Positions 18,650 to 26,569 of a stretch of DNA of 32,000 nt are shown here, piece after piece. A model generated the notes under the pieces. The model made no database searches and was not told the DNA's origin. It was given only the letters and a program-made list of their open reading frames with translations. The number at the start of each line of letters is the position of its first letter. Position 1 is the stretch's first letter. The position numbers and the translations under genes are program-made. Source of the DNA: Psychrobacter sp. DM4 (GTDB taxonomy: Bacteria > Pseudomonadota > Gammaproteobacteria > Pseudomonadales > Moraxellaceae); the NCBI RefSeq assembly GCF_051307035.1, contig NZ_CP195536.1, positions 2,520,001-2,552,000 on the forward strand, read 5' to 3'.

Positions 18650-19498
18650 TTATGAGTCAAACCAAAACGGTGTCCCTATGATAGGTGTAGAAGGACTCGC
18701 CATGTCACGAGGTAGAATAGGTGTTGACTGATACGCTTGCCTGCCAGCTCTAATTGCTTTTGCAAAAGCAGTGGCCATTGTTATAGGGTCACCAGCCTTA
18801 GCTACCGCCGTATTTAACAATATAGCATCATAGCCAAGCTCCATCGCCTGACACGCTTGTGACGGTAGGCCAATACCTGCATCTATAACAAGGGGCACAT
18901 CAGGAAAGTAAGCACGCAAGGTTTGCAATGCTTTTGGGTTTTGTAACCCCTGACCACTACCAATCGGAGCACCCCAAGGCATAAGTACCTCACATCCTGC
19001 CTGTAGTAGTTTTTCGGCGACAATTAAGTCGTCGGTCGTGTAGGGATATACCTGAAAGCCTTCATTACTTAAAATCTGAGCAGCTTCAACCAGTGCAAAG
19101 ACGTCAGGCTGTAGAGTATCTTCGTTACCGATCAGCTCAAGCTTAATACGCGGAGTATCAAACAATTCTCGTGCCATATGCGCTGTCGTTACAGCCTCTT
19201 GTACCGTACGGCAACCTGCCGTATTAGGTAAAACGTAGCTACCTGTATCCTTGATAAGTGACCAAAACTGTTGCCCCGCCCCATCCACTCCTGCCTCCCG
19301 CCTTACTGAGACGGTCACCATTTGTGTTCCTGACCTTGCAATCGCTTCAGCTAACACTTTAGGTGAAGGGTACTGCGCTGTCCCCAATAACAGACGGCTG
19401 TCAATAGTTAAGTCATAGAGCTTAAGCGGGTCACTATTTAGGTTATGAGCTTGATCGCTGTTAACGTCAAACAAGCTTAGATTTGTGGTTTGACTCAT
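18650..19498 (-). CDS. thiG: Thiazole synthase ThiG
   Basis: [37 protein letters not shown] and DAGIG motifs. Confidence 0.95.
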   Translation of the reverse strand: MSQTTNLSLFDVNSDQAHNLNSDPLKLYDLTIDSRLLLGTAQYPSPKVLAEAIARSGTQMVTVSVRREAGVDGAGQQFWSLIKDTGSYVLPNTAGCRTVQEAVTTAHMARELFDTPRIKLELIGNEDTLQPDVFALVEAAQILSNEGFQVYPYTTDDLIVAEKLLQAGCEVLMPWGAPIGSGQGLQNPKALQTLRAYFPDVPLVIDAGIGLPSQACQAMELGYDAILLNTAVAKAGDPITMATAFAKAIRAGRQAYQSTPILPRDMASPSTPIIGTPFWFDS

Positions 19499-19499
19499 A

Positions 19500-19703
19500 T
19501 TAACCTCCCTGCATCGGTGCCACTACCTCGACTTGATCGCCATCACAAATCATATAGGTGGCGCGAGTATGCCTTGCGATAAAAGCTCCATTAACCGCTG
19601 TGGCGACACGACTATCTGCTTCAAAGCCCTGCTCTAACAGTAATTGAGCCAATGTCTCAATGTCCGTTTGCATCGCTGTTCCGTTAAACTGAATGTTCGT
19701 CAT
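19500..19703 (-). CDS. thiS: Sulfur-carrier protein ThiS
   Basis: 67 aa with a ubiquitin-like ThiS pattern, ending in the diagnostic C-terminal GG. Its stop codon is separated by 1 nt from the thiG start codon. Confidence 0.85.
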   Translation of the reverse strand: MTNIQFNGTAMQTDIETLAQLLLEQGFEADSRVATAVNGAFIARHTRATYMICDGDQVEVVAPMQGG

Positions 19704-20724
19704 AAATTAAGGCACTCAATGCTGGGGGACTGTTATGCTGCAATATAAGGTCGCAAGCTATTTTGGCACAAGCTGGCGCTAATAGATAACCATGCCGATA
19801 CATACCATTGATAAGCAGACGCCTCCCCTGTTTGATGATTTTGGGCAAGTTATCGGGAAATGTTGGACGCACATCAACGCCGATCTCTACGATTTCTGAT
19901 TGAGAAAAAGCGGGATTGACAGCATAAACCGCAGATAGCAGTTCCATAACTGAGCGTACTGATGCACGTTCACGTGAGGCACTCTCAATCATAGTCGCCC
20001 CCAACATAAACTGCTGATTAGCACGAGGGACAAGATAAATAGGAAAACGTGGGTGCAACAGCCGTACGGGACGTGAGAGACTCAGCTCAGTATTGTATAG
20101 ATGTATCATCTCTCCTCGTACACCGCGAATATCGGATAATTTGGCGCTCGCACTATAACCTCGACAATCAAGTAGCCAACTGTCCTGTTTTTCAGCGCTA
20201 GTAGCCAACTCATCGATCTCAGCATCACTAAGTGTGGTGCTGGTAACCACTTTTGCATGTTCACACACCTTCTTCCACAACACACGCAAAACGCGTCGAG
20301 GCTCGATGTGTGCCTCAGTCGGATAGAACAGAGCATCTTGATGCTGATGCAAGATTGGCTCAAGATCGTGTAACTGCTTTGCCCCTAGCTTTTTCCATTG
20401 CTGTGTTTTTTGGGCGAAGTGCTTAAGCATATTTTGATCACGGTTTGGTGAGATAACCACAGTACCATTATCAGTATATTCACAATCAGCATTGTATTTA
20501 CAGAACGACTGCCAATAACGCATTGATATACCTGACAATTCGCCTATTAAAGGTTCGGCTGACTCCATCTCACAGTAAGGTGCAAGCATACCCCCTGCCC
20601 ACCAAGAGCAGGCGCTCTCATCAACTCCTGTGCTGGCGGTTATGACTTGGACTTGGCAACCTGCATCAATGAGCATATCAGCACATGTCAATCCAACAAC
20701 GCCTGACCCTATAATCGTGATCAT
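19684..20724 (-). CDS. thiO: FAD-dependent glycine oxidase ThiO
   Basis: N-terminal dinucleotide fold IIGSGVVGLTCA, a DAO-family C-terminus (GMYRHGYLLAP), and position as the first gene of the thiOSGEF cluster. Confidence 0.85.
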   Translation of the reverse strand: MITIIGSGVVGLTCADMLIDAGCQVQVITASTGVDESACSWWAGGMLAPYCEMESAEPLIGELSGISMRYWQSFCKYNADCEYTDNGTVVISPNRDQNMLKHFAQKTQQWKKLGAKQLHDLEPILHQHQDALFYPTEAHIEPRRVLRVLWKKVCEHAKVVTSTTLSDAEIDELATSAEKQDSWLLDCRGYSASAKLSDIRGVRGEMIHLYNTELSLSRPVRLLHPRFPIYLVPRANQQFMLGATMIESASRERASVRSVMELLSAVYAVNPAFSQSEIVEIGVDVRPTFPDNLPKIIKQGRRLLINGMYRHGYLLAPACAKIACDLILQHNSPPALSALIYDEHSV

Positions 20725-21108
20725 TTTAATTCTTTAATGTTTTTTCTATAGTTTGGCTATATTATAACAATGACATTATGATAAAGATATTAATAAGATG
20801 GCTTGCTATATATCACCTACAAAGTATCAGTTTAAAATTGTAATATAGCCAAAATAAAGACCAATCAGGGCCACACTGTAAAATAACATTACAAAGACAT
20901 CCCTATTTCACTTTAAAGCTTTAAGAAGTAAGACGGTTAATGGTGATACAGTATCCAAAACACATAAGCTGATTCATAGGGTCACAACGTGCTACGATAT
21001 CTTTTTATCATACTTAGTTTTGATGCCGAACACTCAAACATGCCCTACTCTTTAACAACGTTACTAAACCTTATTATCGGTTATCTCTAATGACCACAGG
21101 ATATTTTT

Positions 21109-22554
21109 ATGCGCATATCTACGCTCTCTCTATTCATCGCTGCCATTGGGTTTAGTCTTGCCAGCACCGCTCAAGCGGCCAAACCGGATGCTCCTTATTT
21201 ATCCAATAGCGAGTTTCAGCAGTGCTTAGATGGACTCAAAAATTCCAGCAAGTTTCGCGATGTAGACAATTATACTTTTAATAACTACCGCCCAAGCGAA
21301 CCTGATCCTAGTGTGATTCAATCACTGAACTATCAGCCCGAGTTTCAAAAAGACGTTTGGGATTATCTATCAGCATTAGTAGACAAAGAGCGCGTTGAGG
21401 ACGGCATCCGTGCCAAGCGTCAATGGGGCGATACCCTACGTCAGATTGAATCACGTTATGGCGTCAGACCTGAGCACGTATTAGGTGTCTGGGGCGTTGA
21501 GTCAAACTTTGGACAGACTTTGGGCAAAAAGCCTCTGTTTGAGTCGTTGGCGACCCTGTCTTGCTTTGATCGTCGACAAAGTTACTTTCAAGGTGAGTTC
21601 GCTAATGCCCTCAAGATTGTACAGCGCGGTGATATTGCGCCAAATGATATGACGGGCTCTTGGGCAGGAGCGTTTGGGCAAACGCAGTTTATGCCGAGCA
21701 CCTTTTTGGAGTTGGCCGTAGATTTTGATGGTGATGGTCGTCGAGACCTTGTCAATAGTGTGCCTGATGCGCTAGCCTCTACTGCCAACTTTTTGGACAA
21801 CCGCGGCTACCGCACGGGCGAGCCTTGGGGTTATGAGGTCAAACTGCCTGATGGATTTTGGGCAGCTTCCAATCGTAAAGACAAAAAGTCAATAAGTTAT
21901 TGGCGTAATAAAGGGTTAACGCTTGCTAATGGCAGCGCGTTACCTTATACCTTAGATAGCGCAGGTTTACTGCTGCCAGCAGGTATGGACGGACCAGCAT
22001 TCTTAGTGGGCAAAAACTTCGATACCTTTTACTCATATAATGCTTCAGAGAATTACGCTCTTGCCATTGCTCATCTATCAGATCTGATCATGCGTGAGGA
22101 CAGCAGCAAAACAGACTTTGTTACCGCATGGCCAACCAGTGATCCTGGTATTAGCCGTCAACAAGCAAAAGATATCCAGCAAGCGCTCCTAAACGCCGGC
22201 TATGATATCGGCGGTGTCGATGGCATCATTGGTGATAATACGCGCACCGCTATTCAGCAATATCAGACAAGCCGCGGTATCTTTCCCGCGGATGGGCGCG
22301 CAGGACAGAATTTTTATCGCGCTATTGTCGGTAATACCGCACCAAGTCGTCCTCAGTACGCCAATCAGTATGGACAGCCAGCAGGTGCACGTCCATTGAC
22401 ACCTGCGCCAGCAGATCGCATGGGGCAACTGATTCAGCAGCAAACGATAGCGCCAAATGCACCCTCAAATTCATCACCGACGCCTGTAAGTAACGTACGT
22501 TATCGCCGTGTCATTGGTGATGATGGCGTGACGCGCTTGGTGCGTATCGACTAA
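21109..22554 (+). CDS. Lytic murein transglycosylase (MltB/SLT_2 family) with a C-terminal peptidoglycan-binding domain
   Basis: Signal peptide ending ASTAQA. Catalytic region LGVWGVESNFG, then GAFGQTQFMPSTF and DGDGRRD. PG_binding_1-like segment IQQALLNAGYDIGGVDGIIGDNTRTAIQQYQ. Confidence 0.88.
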   Translation: MRISTLSLFIAAIGFSLASTAQAAKPDAPYLSNSEFQQCLDGLKNSSKFRDVDNYTFNNYRPSEPDPSVIQSLNYQPEFQKDVWDYLSALVDKERVEDGIRAKRQWGDTLRQIESRYGVRPEHVLGVWGVESNFGQTLGKKPLFESLATLSCFDRRQSYFQGEFANALKIVQRGDIAPNDMTGSWAGAFGQTQFMPSTFLELAVDFDGDGRRDLVNSVPDALASTANFLDNRGYRTGEPWGYEVKLPDGFWAASNRKDKKSISYWRNKGLTLANGSALPYTLDSAGLLLPAGMDGPAFLVGKNFDTFYSYNASENYALAIAHLSDLIMREDSSKTDFVTAWPTSDPGISRQQAKDIQQALLNAGYDIGGVDGIIGDNTRTAIQQYQTSRGIFPADGRAGQNFYRAIVGNTAPSRPQYANQYGQPAGARPLTPAPADRMGQLIQQQTIAPNAPSNSSPTPVSNVRYRRVIGDDGVTRLVRID

Positions 22555-22580
22555 AAGGTGTGGGTACAAACTAGAGATAG

Positions 22581-22617
22581 AAAAAAGCCACCTCATTGCT
22601 AATAAGGTGGCTTTTTT
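22581..22617. terminator. Bidirectional Rho-independent terminator
   Basis: AAAAAA-AGCCACCT-N11-AGGTGGCT-TTTTTT between the convergent genes ending at 22554 (+) and 22638 (-). Confidence 0.65.
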
Positions 22618-22637
22618 ACTACAATAGATGTTTACTA

Positions 22638-22937
22638 CTATACGATAGGCGGCGGGTTAGGCTCGCCATTGTCACCGTCCCAGTTTTCACGAGCTTTCTC
22701 ATCGAGATCCGCAGATGTTTTAGGTTCCCATTTGCCATTCTCTTTCCACGTCGCATCACCCCAGTCATCGTTTTCTTCTTTTCTGTCTAAGTCTTTATAG
22801 GCTTGACTAGGATCAATACCACGGCGCTTCATGTCTGCTACCTGCTCCTCAAGCGTACGGAACTGATCGGCGTCATGCATCGTATTTTCTAGAGTATCGA
22901 TATCTTTTCTTAAATCGTCTCTTTTAGAGTCAGTCAT
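22638..22937 (-). CDS. Small, highly charged, Trp-rich hypothetical protein (99 aa)
   Basis: Strong AAGGAGAG Shine-Dalgarno 5 nt before the ATG, and a terminator immediately downstream. I recognise no family. Confidence 0.6.
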   Translation of the reverse strand: MTDSKRDDLRKDIDTLENTMHDADQFRTLEEQVADMKRRGIDPSQAYKDLDRKEENDDWGDATWKENGKWEPKTSADLDEKARENWDGDNGEPNPPPIV

Positions 22938-23078
22938 TATGCTCTCCTTATGTTTTTTAATAGTTATAGAATCACGTTATAGTGCACATTATCTATCAAT
23001 AAATGCAAAATTGACAACGCAGACTCGTATGCTTTGTATTACAAAACGTAGTCTTAGTCAATTGTCGATCGTTAATTA

Positions 23079-24137
23079 CTAAGGACTACTGACAAAATCT
23101 TGCTGCTCTTTTGATAGTTTTTTGGCATAAAAGGTCAACTTCCAAAGTTCTTGTTTGACTCGTGCGCCAAAAGTGGTGAGCTCAATCCAGTTGGCTGCAA
23201 CCAGTTGCCGCTGTAGCCTATTAAGATCATTTTGAGCGATCTGACAACGAGCAACCGCATGAACCTTGGGCATTAGCTGCTGAACATCGTTTTCAGCTTT
23301 ACTAGCAATCAAACGGTTGATACTGCTTTGGAGGCCATAACTTGAAAAGGTCGGTGATATCTTGATAAGCGCTTGTAATATTTCAAGCCAAGTCAAAGCA
23401 ATGGGCATCGTCACCTCCGTTAGATTGCCGCCCTCATAAGCATGAGCAGTGTATTGAAAGCTAAATATTTCAGTAAGTACGATGGGTCTACTCAAACTGG
23501 GCGAAGCAGTAGTACTGGCAGTAGAGCAGCTATTTTGATCTTTAGATACTCTAGTCGATACTGAGCTTCTACGCGGCGATAGCATCGTTGACTCGTTTGC
23601 AAGTGGCGAGCGTTCTCGTGTCTTTGTCCAGCTGCCTGTTATCTTTTGACTGGCTATGATTTCGTCATGGGCTCGTATGAGGAGCTGCTCCATTTGGGTA
23701 TCTTCATCGTAGTAATGAATATATTTTGCATGCTTTTCAACCGTACGGATAAAGTCTGTTAGAGGCGGTTCAATGTTAATGAGTTGATGATGCGTCTTTA
23801 TAAGTACGAGCAATGGCTTTAGCTTGGCTTCAGCGCTCAAATAGCTCAAATGCATTTGACTGACGCCAGTACGCTGCGTGGTACCGTATCTATCGTCGAT
23901 GATGATTAGCGCATAATCGCAGGCATCGATACACTGACGTCCATAGAGAGAGGCTTTGGGTAATTTACTTGATACATCGTAAGTCAAAAAAGCACGTTCT
24001 TGAAAGGCGATGGCTACGCTATCTAAAGTTAGTGACTGATCGTTGTCAGCACGTATAACATGAATGTGATAGCAATAATTCGACACGATAACCTCTAATA
24101 TTAGACCGGGATGGATTAATCGCCTATCTAGATGCAC
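23079..24137 (-). CDS. Hypothetical protein with an N-terminal DUF4062-like (TIR-like fold) region and an unknown C-terminal domain
   Basis: CIDACDYALIIIDDRYGT matches the C..CD.Y..I...RYG core I remember for DUF4062. A Ser/Thr-rich linker follows, then an uncharacterised helical C-terminus of about 140 aa. The ORF-track start is a GTG at 24137. A GTG at 24086 preceded by GAGG (giving MSNYCYHIHVI...) is a plausible true start. Confidence 0.6.
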   Translation of the reverse strand: MHLDRRLIHPGLILEVIVSNYCYHIHVIRADNDQSLTLDSVAIAFQERAFLTYDVSSKLPKASLYGRQCIDACDYALIIIDDRYGTTQRTGVSQMHLSYLSAEAKLKPLLVLIKTHHQLINIEPPLTDFIRTVEKHAKYIHYYDEDTQMEQLLIRAHDEIIASQKITGSWTKTRERSPLANESTMLSPRRSSVSTRVSKDQNSCSTASTTASPSLSRPIVLTEIFSFQYTAHAYEGGNLTEVTMPIALTWLEILQALIKISPTFSSYGLQSSINRLIASKAENDVQQLMPKVHAVARCQIAQNDLNRLQRQLVAANWIELTTFGARVKQELWKLTFYAKKLSKEQQDFVSSP

Positions 24138-24266
24138 TCATTAAAATATATTCAGTTTTTTTTATACAGCCTAGCACAGCTCAGTTTTGAGTGTAAATTT
24201 TATTATTATAAAGGGCTGATACCGGTTCATTCTAAAACATTATTAGCAGTAGATAAACTCATTTTG

Positions 24267-25172
24267 CTATGGCTCATAACATGCTATTAATGGTGACAGA
24301 ACGAGCGTACGCGTGCCTAATAAACGCTGGATCAGCTGTCCAAGATTGTCATCATATTTGCTTGCATAAAAAACTAGCGGCCATTGAGTATGACCATCTA
24401 TAGGGTAAACGCTTATAGCATTACTTAAGGGTTCATTATCTAACACACTGATAGACGGCGCTAATAGCTGATGACTTACTAGTAACTGCTTGACTCGCTC
24501 AGCAATGGCTTGACCTGAATCAACCACTTGCATGGATAGCTGCTGCTCTACAATGTACTGCTGAATAAATGTCTTAAAAAAAGGATAATGCGTGCAACCT
24601 AAGACCAGCTGATCTACGCCTTGCTCAGCGAACCATTGAAGTTGCTGACGCAAATCCTGAGCGGTGATGCTATCCTCTGGCATGCCAGCCTCAACCCAAG
24701 GGACAAGGTTGGGATCAAAATATTTAGTCACTTTTGTTAGATTGGGCCGTGCCACATTAGCAATCACCTGATTGAGCAAAATACCATCTAATGTCGCTTT
24801 GGTTGCTAATACTGCCACATGAGCGCTCTTGCTGGCGATGACCGCAGGTTTAAGCGCTGGGACAAGACCGACGATAGGAAGCTGAGGATAGTGAAGACGC
24901 GCCGTCTCTAACGCGTGAGCGGATGCGCTATTGCAGGCAATAACGATAAGCTTGCAGCCTCGCTCATATAGCCATTTCACTGCTGATAGAGTCAAAGATT
25001 CGATATCTTGACTGTCGCGATTGCCATAGGGCACATGCAAAGTATCGGCGTAATAGATGTAACGCTCAAACGGTAATTGCTCAGTTAAATGTAGATAAAC
25101 GGACAAACCACCAATGCCAGAATCGAACAAACCTATCGGCTTGCTCGTCTGTTTTTGTGCAGCAACATTCAT
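24267..25172 (-). CDS. murI: Glutamate racemase MurI
   Basis: GLFDSGIGGLSV, plus the catalytic Cys motifs IACNSASA and GCTHYP. Confidence 0.93.
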   Translation of the reverse strand: MNVAAQKQTSKPIGLFDSGIGGLSVYLHLTEQLPFERYIYYADTLHVPYGNRDSQDIESLTLSAVKWLYERGCKLIVIACNSASAHALETARLHYPQLPIVGLVPALKPAVIASKSAHVAVLATKATLDGILLNQVIANVARPNLTKVTKYFDPNLVPWVEAGMPEDSITAQDLRQQLQWFAEQGVDQLVLGCTHYPFFKTFIQQYIVEQQLSMQVVDSGQAIAERVKQLLVSHQLLAPSISVLDNEPLSNAISVYPIDGHTQWPLVFYASKYDDNLGQLIQRLLGTRTLVLSPLIACYEP

Positions 25173-25352
25173 GGTTTTACTATCATCATTATTAATACAT
25201 TATTATGGCGGTTATAGAGCATCGTTATGGCAACTATAGAATAGCGTTGTATCGCACTATTTACTATAAAAGCCATTATATACTTAGCATTTGTGAACTG
25301 GCAAACAGTAGATGGCATTCTGCAAAGACTAGCAAGCAAAGTCTAGTAGCAC

Positions 25353-26078
25353 TTATTCGGCAGGCATAGACAACTGGTAAGATTTACCACCACTTTGCAA
25401 TGTCAAAATAGTTTCACCGTTTTGTTCCGTCAGCTTACCAATCTCAATCAAATGATAAAAAGCATTGCGACCGATAAGAGCGTCCAAGCTGTTTCTCACT
25501 GGCATATAGGGACGAACTTTTGAATCCTCTGTGCTATGACTATTCGTATCTTGGTCATTTTTGATTTGGCTGTTCTCTTCTTGGTCACTATCTCCTTGAT
25601 ACTGACGCAGCGTAATAGGATGCTCGTCGTCCAATCTGACAACGTCACCAGTTGTCGTCGTAAACTCTAACCATTGCTCATTGTCTTCGTTGACAATACC
25701 GATATCATTAATGAATAAGGGGACGTCTTCAACGGTGATACGCATTTTTTGAACAGGTGTCTTCAAAAAATAAACTAAACGGCCCTCTTCTTCCTCTGCC
25801 CACAACACTGTAGCAAAAAGGCTAACAAGTGACTCTCGGGTCATATGACCACCTTCATGCCACCATTCCCCATTTGCTTTGATAGTTAAGTCCATATCGA
25901 CGGTGTTTTCAGGATGCCATTTCTCGAGAGGCGGTATGCTGCGACCCTGCCGAGTTCCTGCTTCTGACTTTAAATACTGGTCCAATGCCTCCATGTTATT
26001 TAGACTAGAAGGCCGACCATTCGTGGTTTCGCTGTCATTGGTCAGCTGATTTGTAGTGTCACTATTATCGTTATTCAT
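25353..26078 (-). CDS. DUF1285 domain-containing protein
   Basis: The core PPLEKWHPE...DLTIKANGEWWHEG...LVSLFATVL...YFLKTPVQKMRITVEDVP resembles DUF1285. Low-complexity N-terminal and internal acidic insertions are present. Confidence 0.8.
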   Translation of the reverse strand: MNNDNSDTTNQLTNDSETTNGRPSSLNNMEALDQYLKSEAGTRQGRSIPPLEKWHPENTVDMDLTIKANGEWWHEGGHMTRESLVSLFATVLWAEEEEGRLVYFLKTPVQKMRITVEDVPLFINDIGIVNEDNEQWLEFTTTTGDVVRLDDEHPITLRQYQGDSDQEENSQIKNDQDTNSHSTEDSKVRPYMPVRNSLDALIGRNAFYHLIEIGKLTEQNGETILTLQSGGKSYQLSMPAE

Positions 26079-26569
26079 CTTGTCGTTCTCCAGTGATTTA
26101 TTGAAGTTTGCTGTAAGCCATATGAGTATTAGATTTGGTTTTGTATATTATGACGCTATATCATCAAATTATGTTTAACGTAATAACCTCACCATACCAC
26201 TGATAGTTCTAAATGCGTATCGTGTTTGTACGACTTTTCTTTTATAATGAGTAACGTTTTTTATCCAATCATAAGTGTTGGCGTTGCGTTGTAGGTTACG
26301 ATAGTCAATTCTAATTTGATCAACCCAATTTTTGCATACCTTATATTTAGACGCTCATATTTATACGTCAATATTTAGGTATTGATATTGATGATAATAG
26401 TTATATCGCAAGTACTAAGATTAAAGACAAGTACTTAGACCAGAGAAATGTCCCTTGATATCCAAAAGACCATTTTTATTGGGCAGCCTTATCAGTGCAG
26501 CAAGACTTATTGTTTAATTGCAGCGCTTGTAATGTCCATAGATAAGCCATTAAGAACTCAGGAGTAGCT

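Noticed and set aside
20940-21060. Loose TPP-riboswitch-like fragments on the minus strand (UAGGGCAUG...UGAGUG...ACCCUAUGAAUCAGC).
   Set aside because: The element order and sequences do not fit the THI-box. There is no CUGAGA and no CUGGAUAAUGCCAGCG-type P5 hairpin, and a long insert falls in the wrong position. I do not call it a riboswitch.
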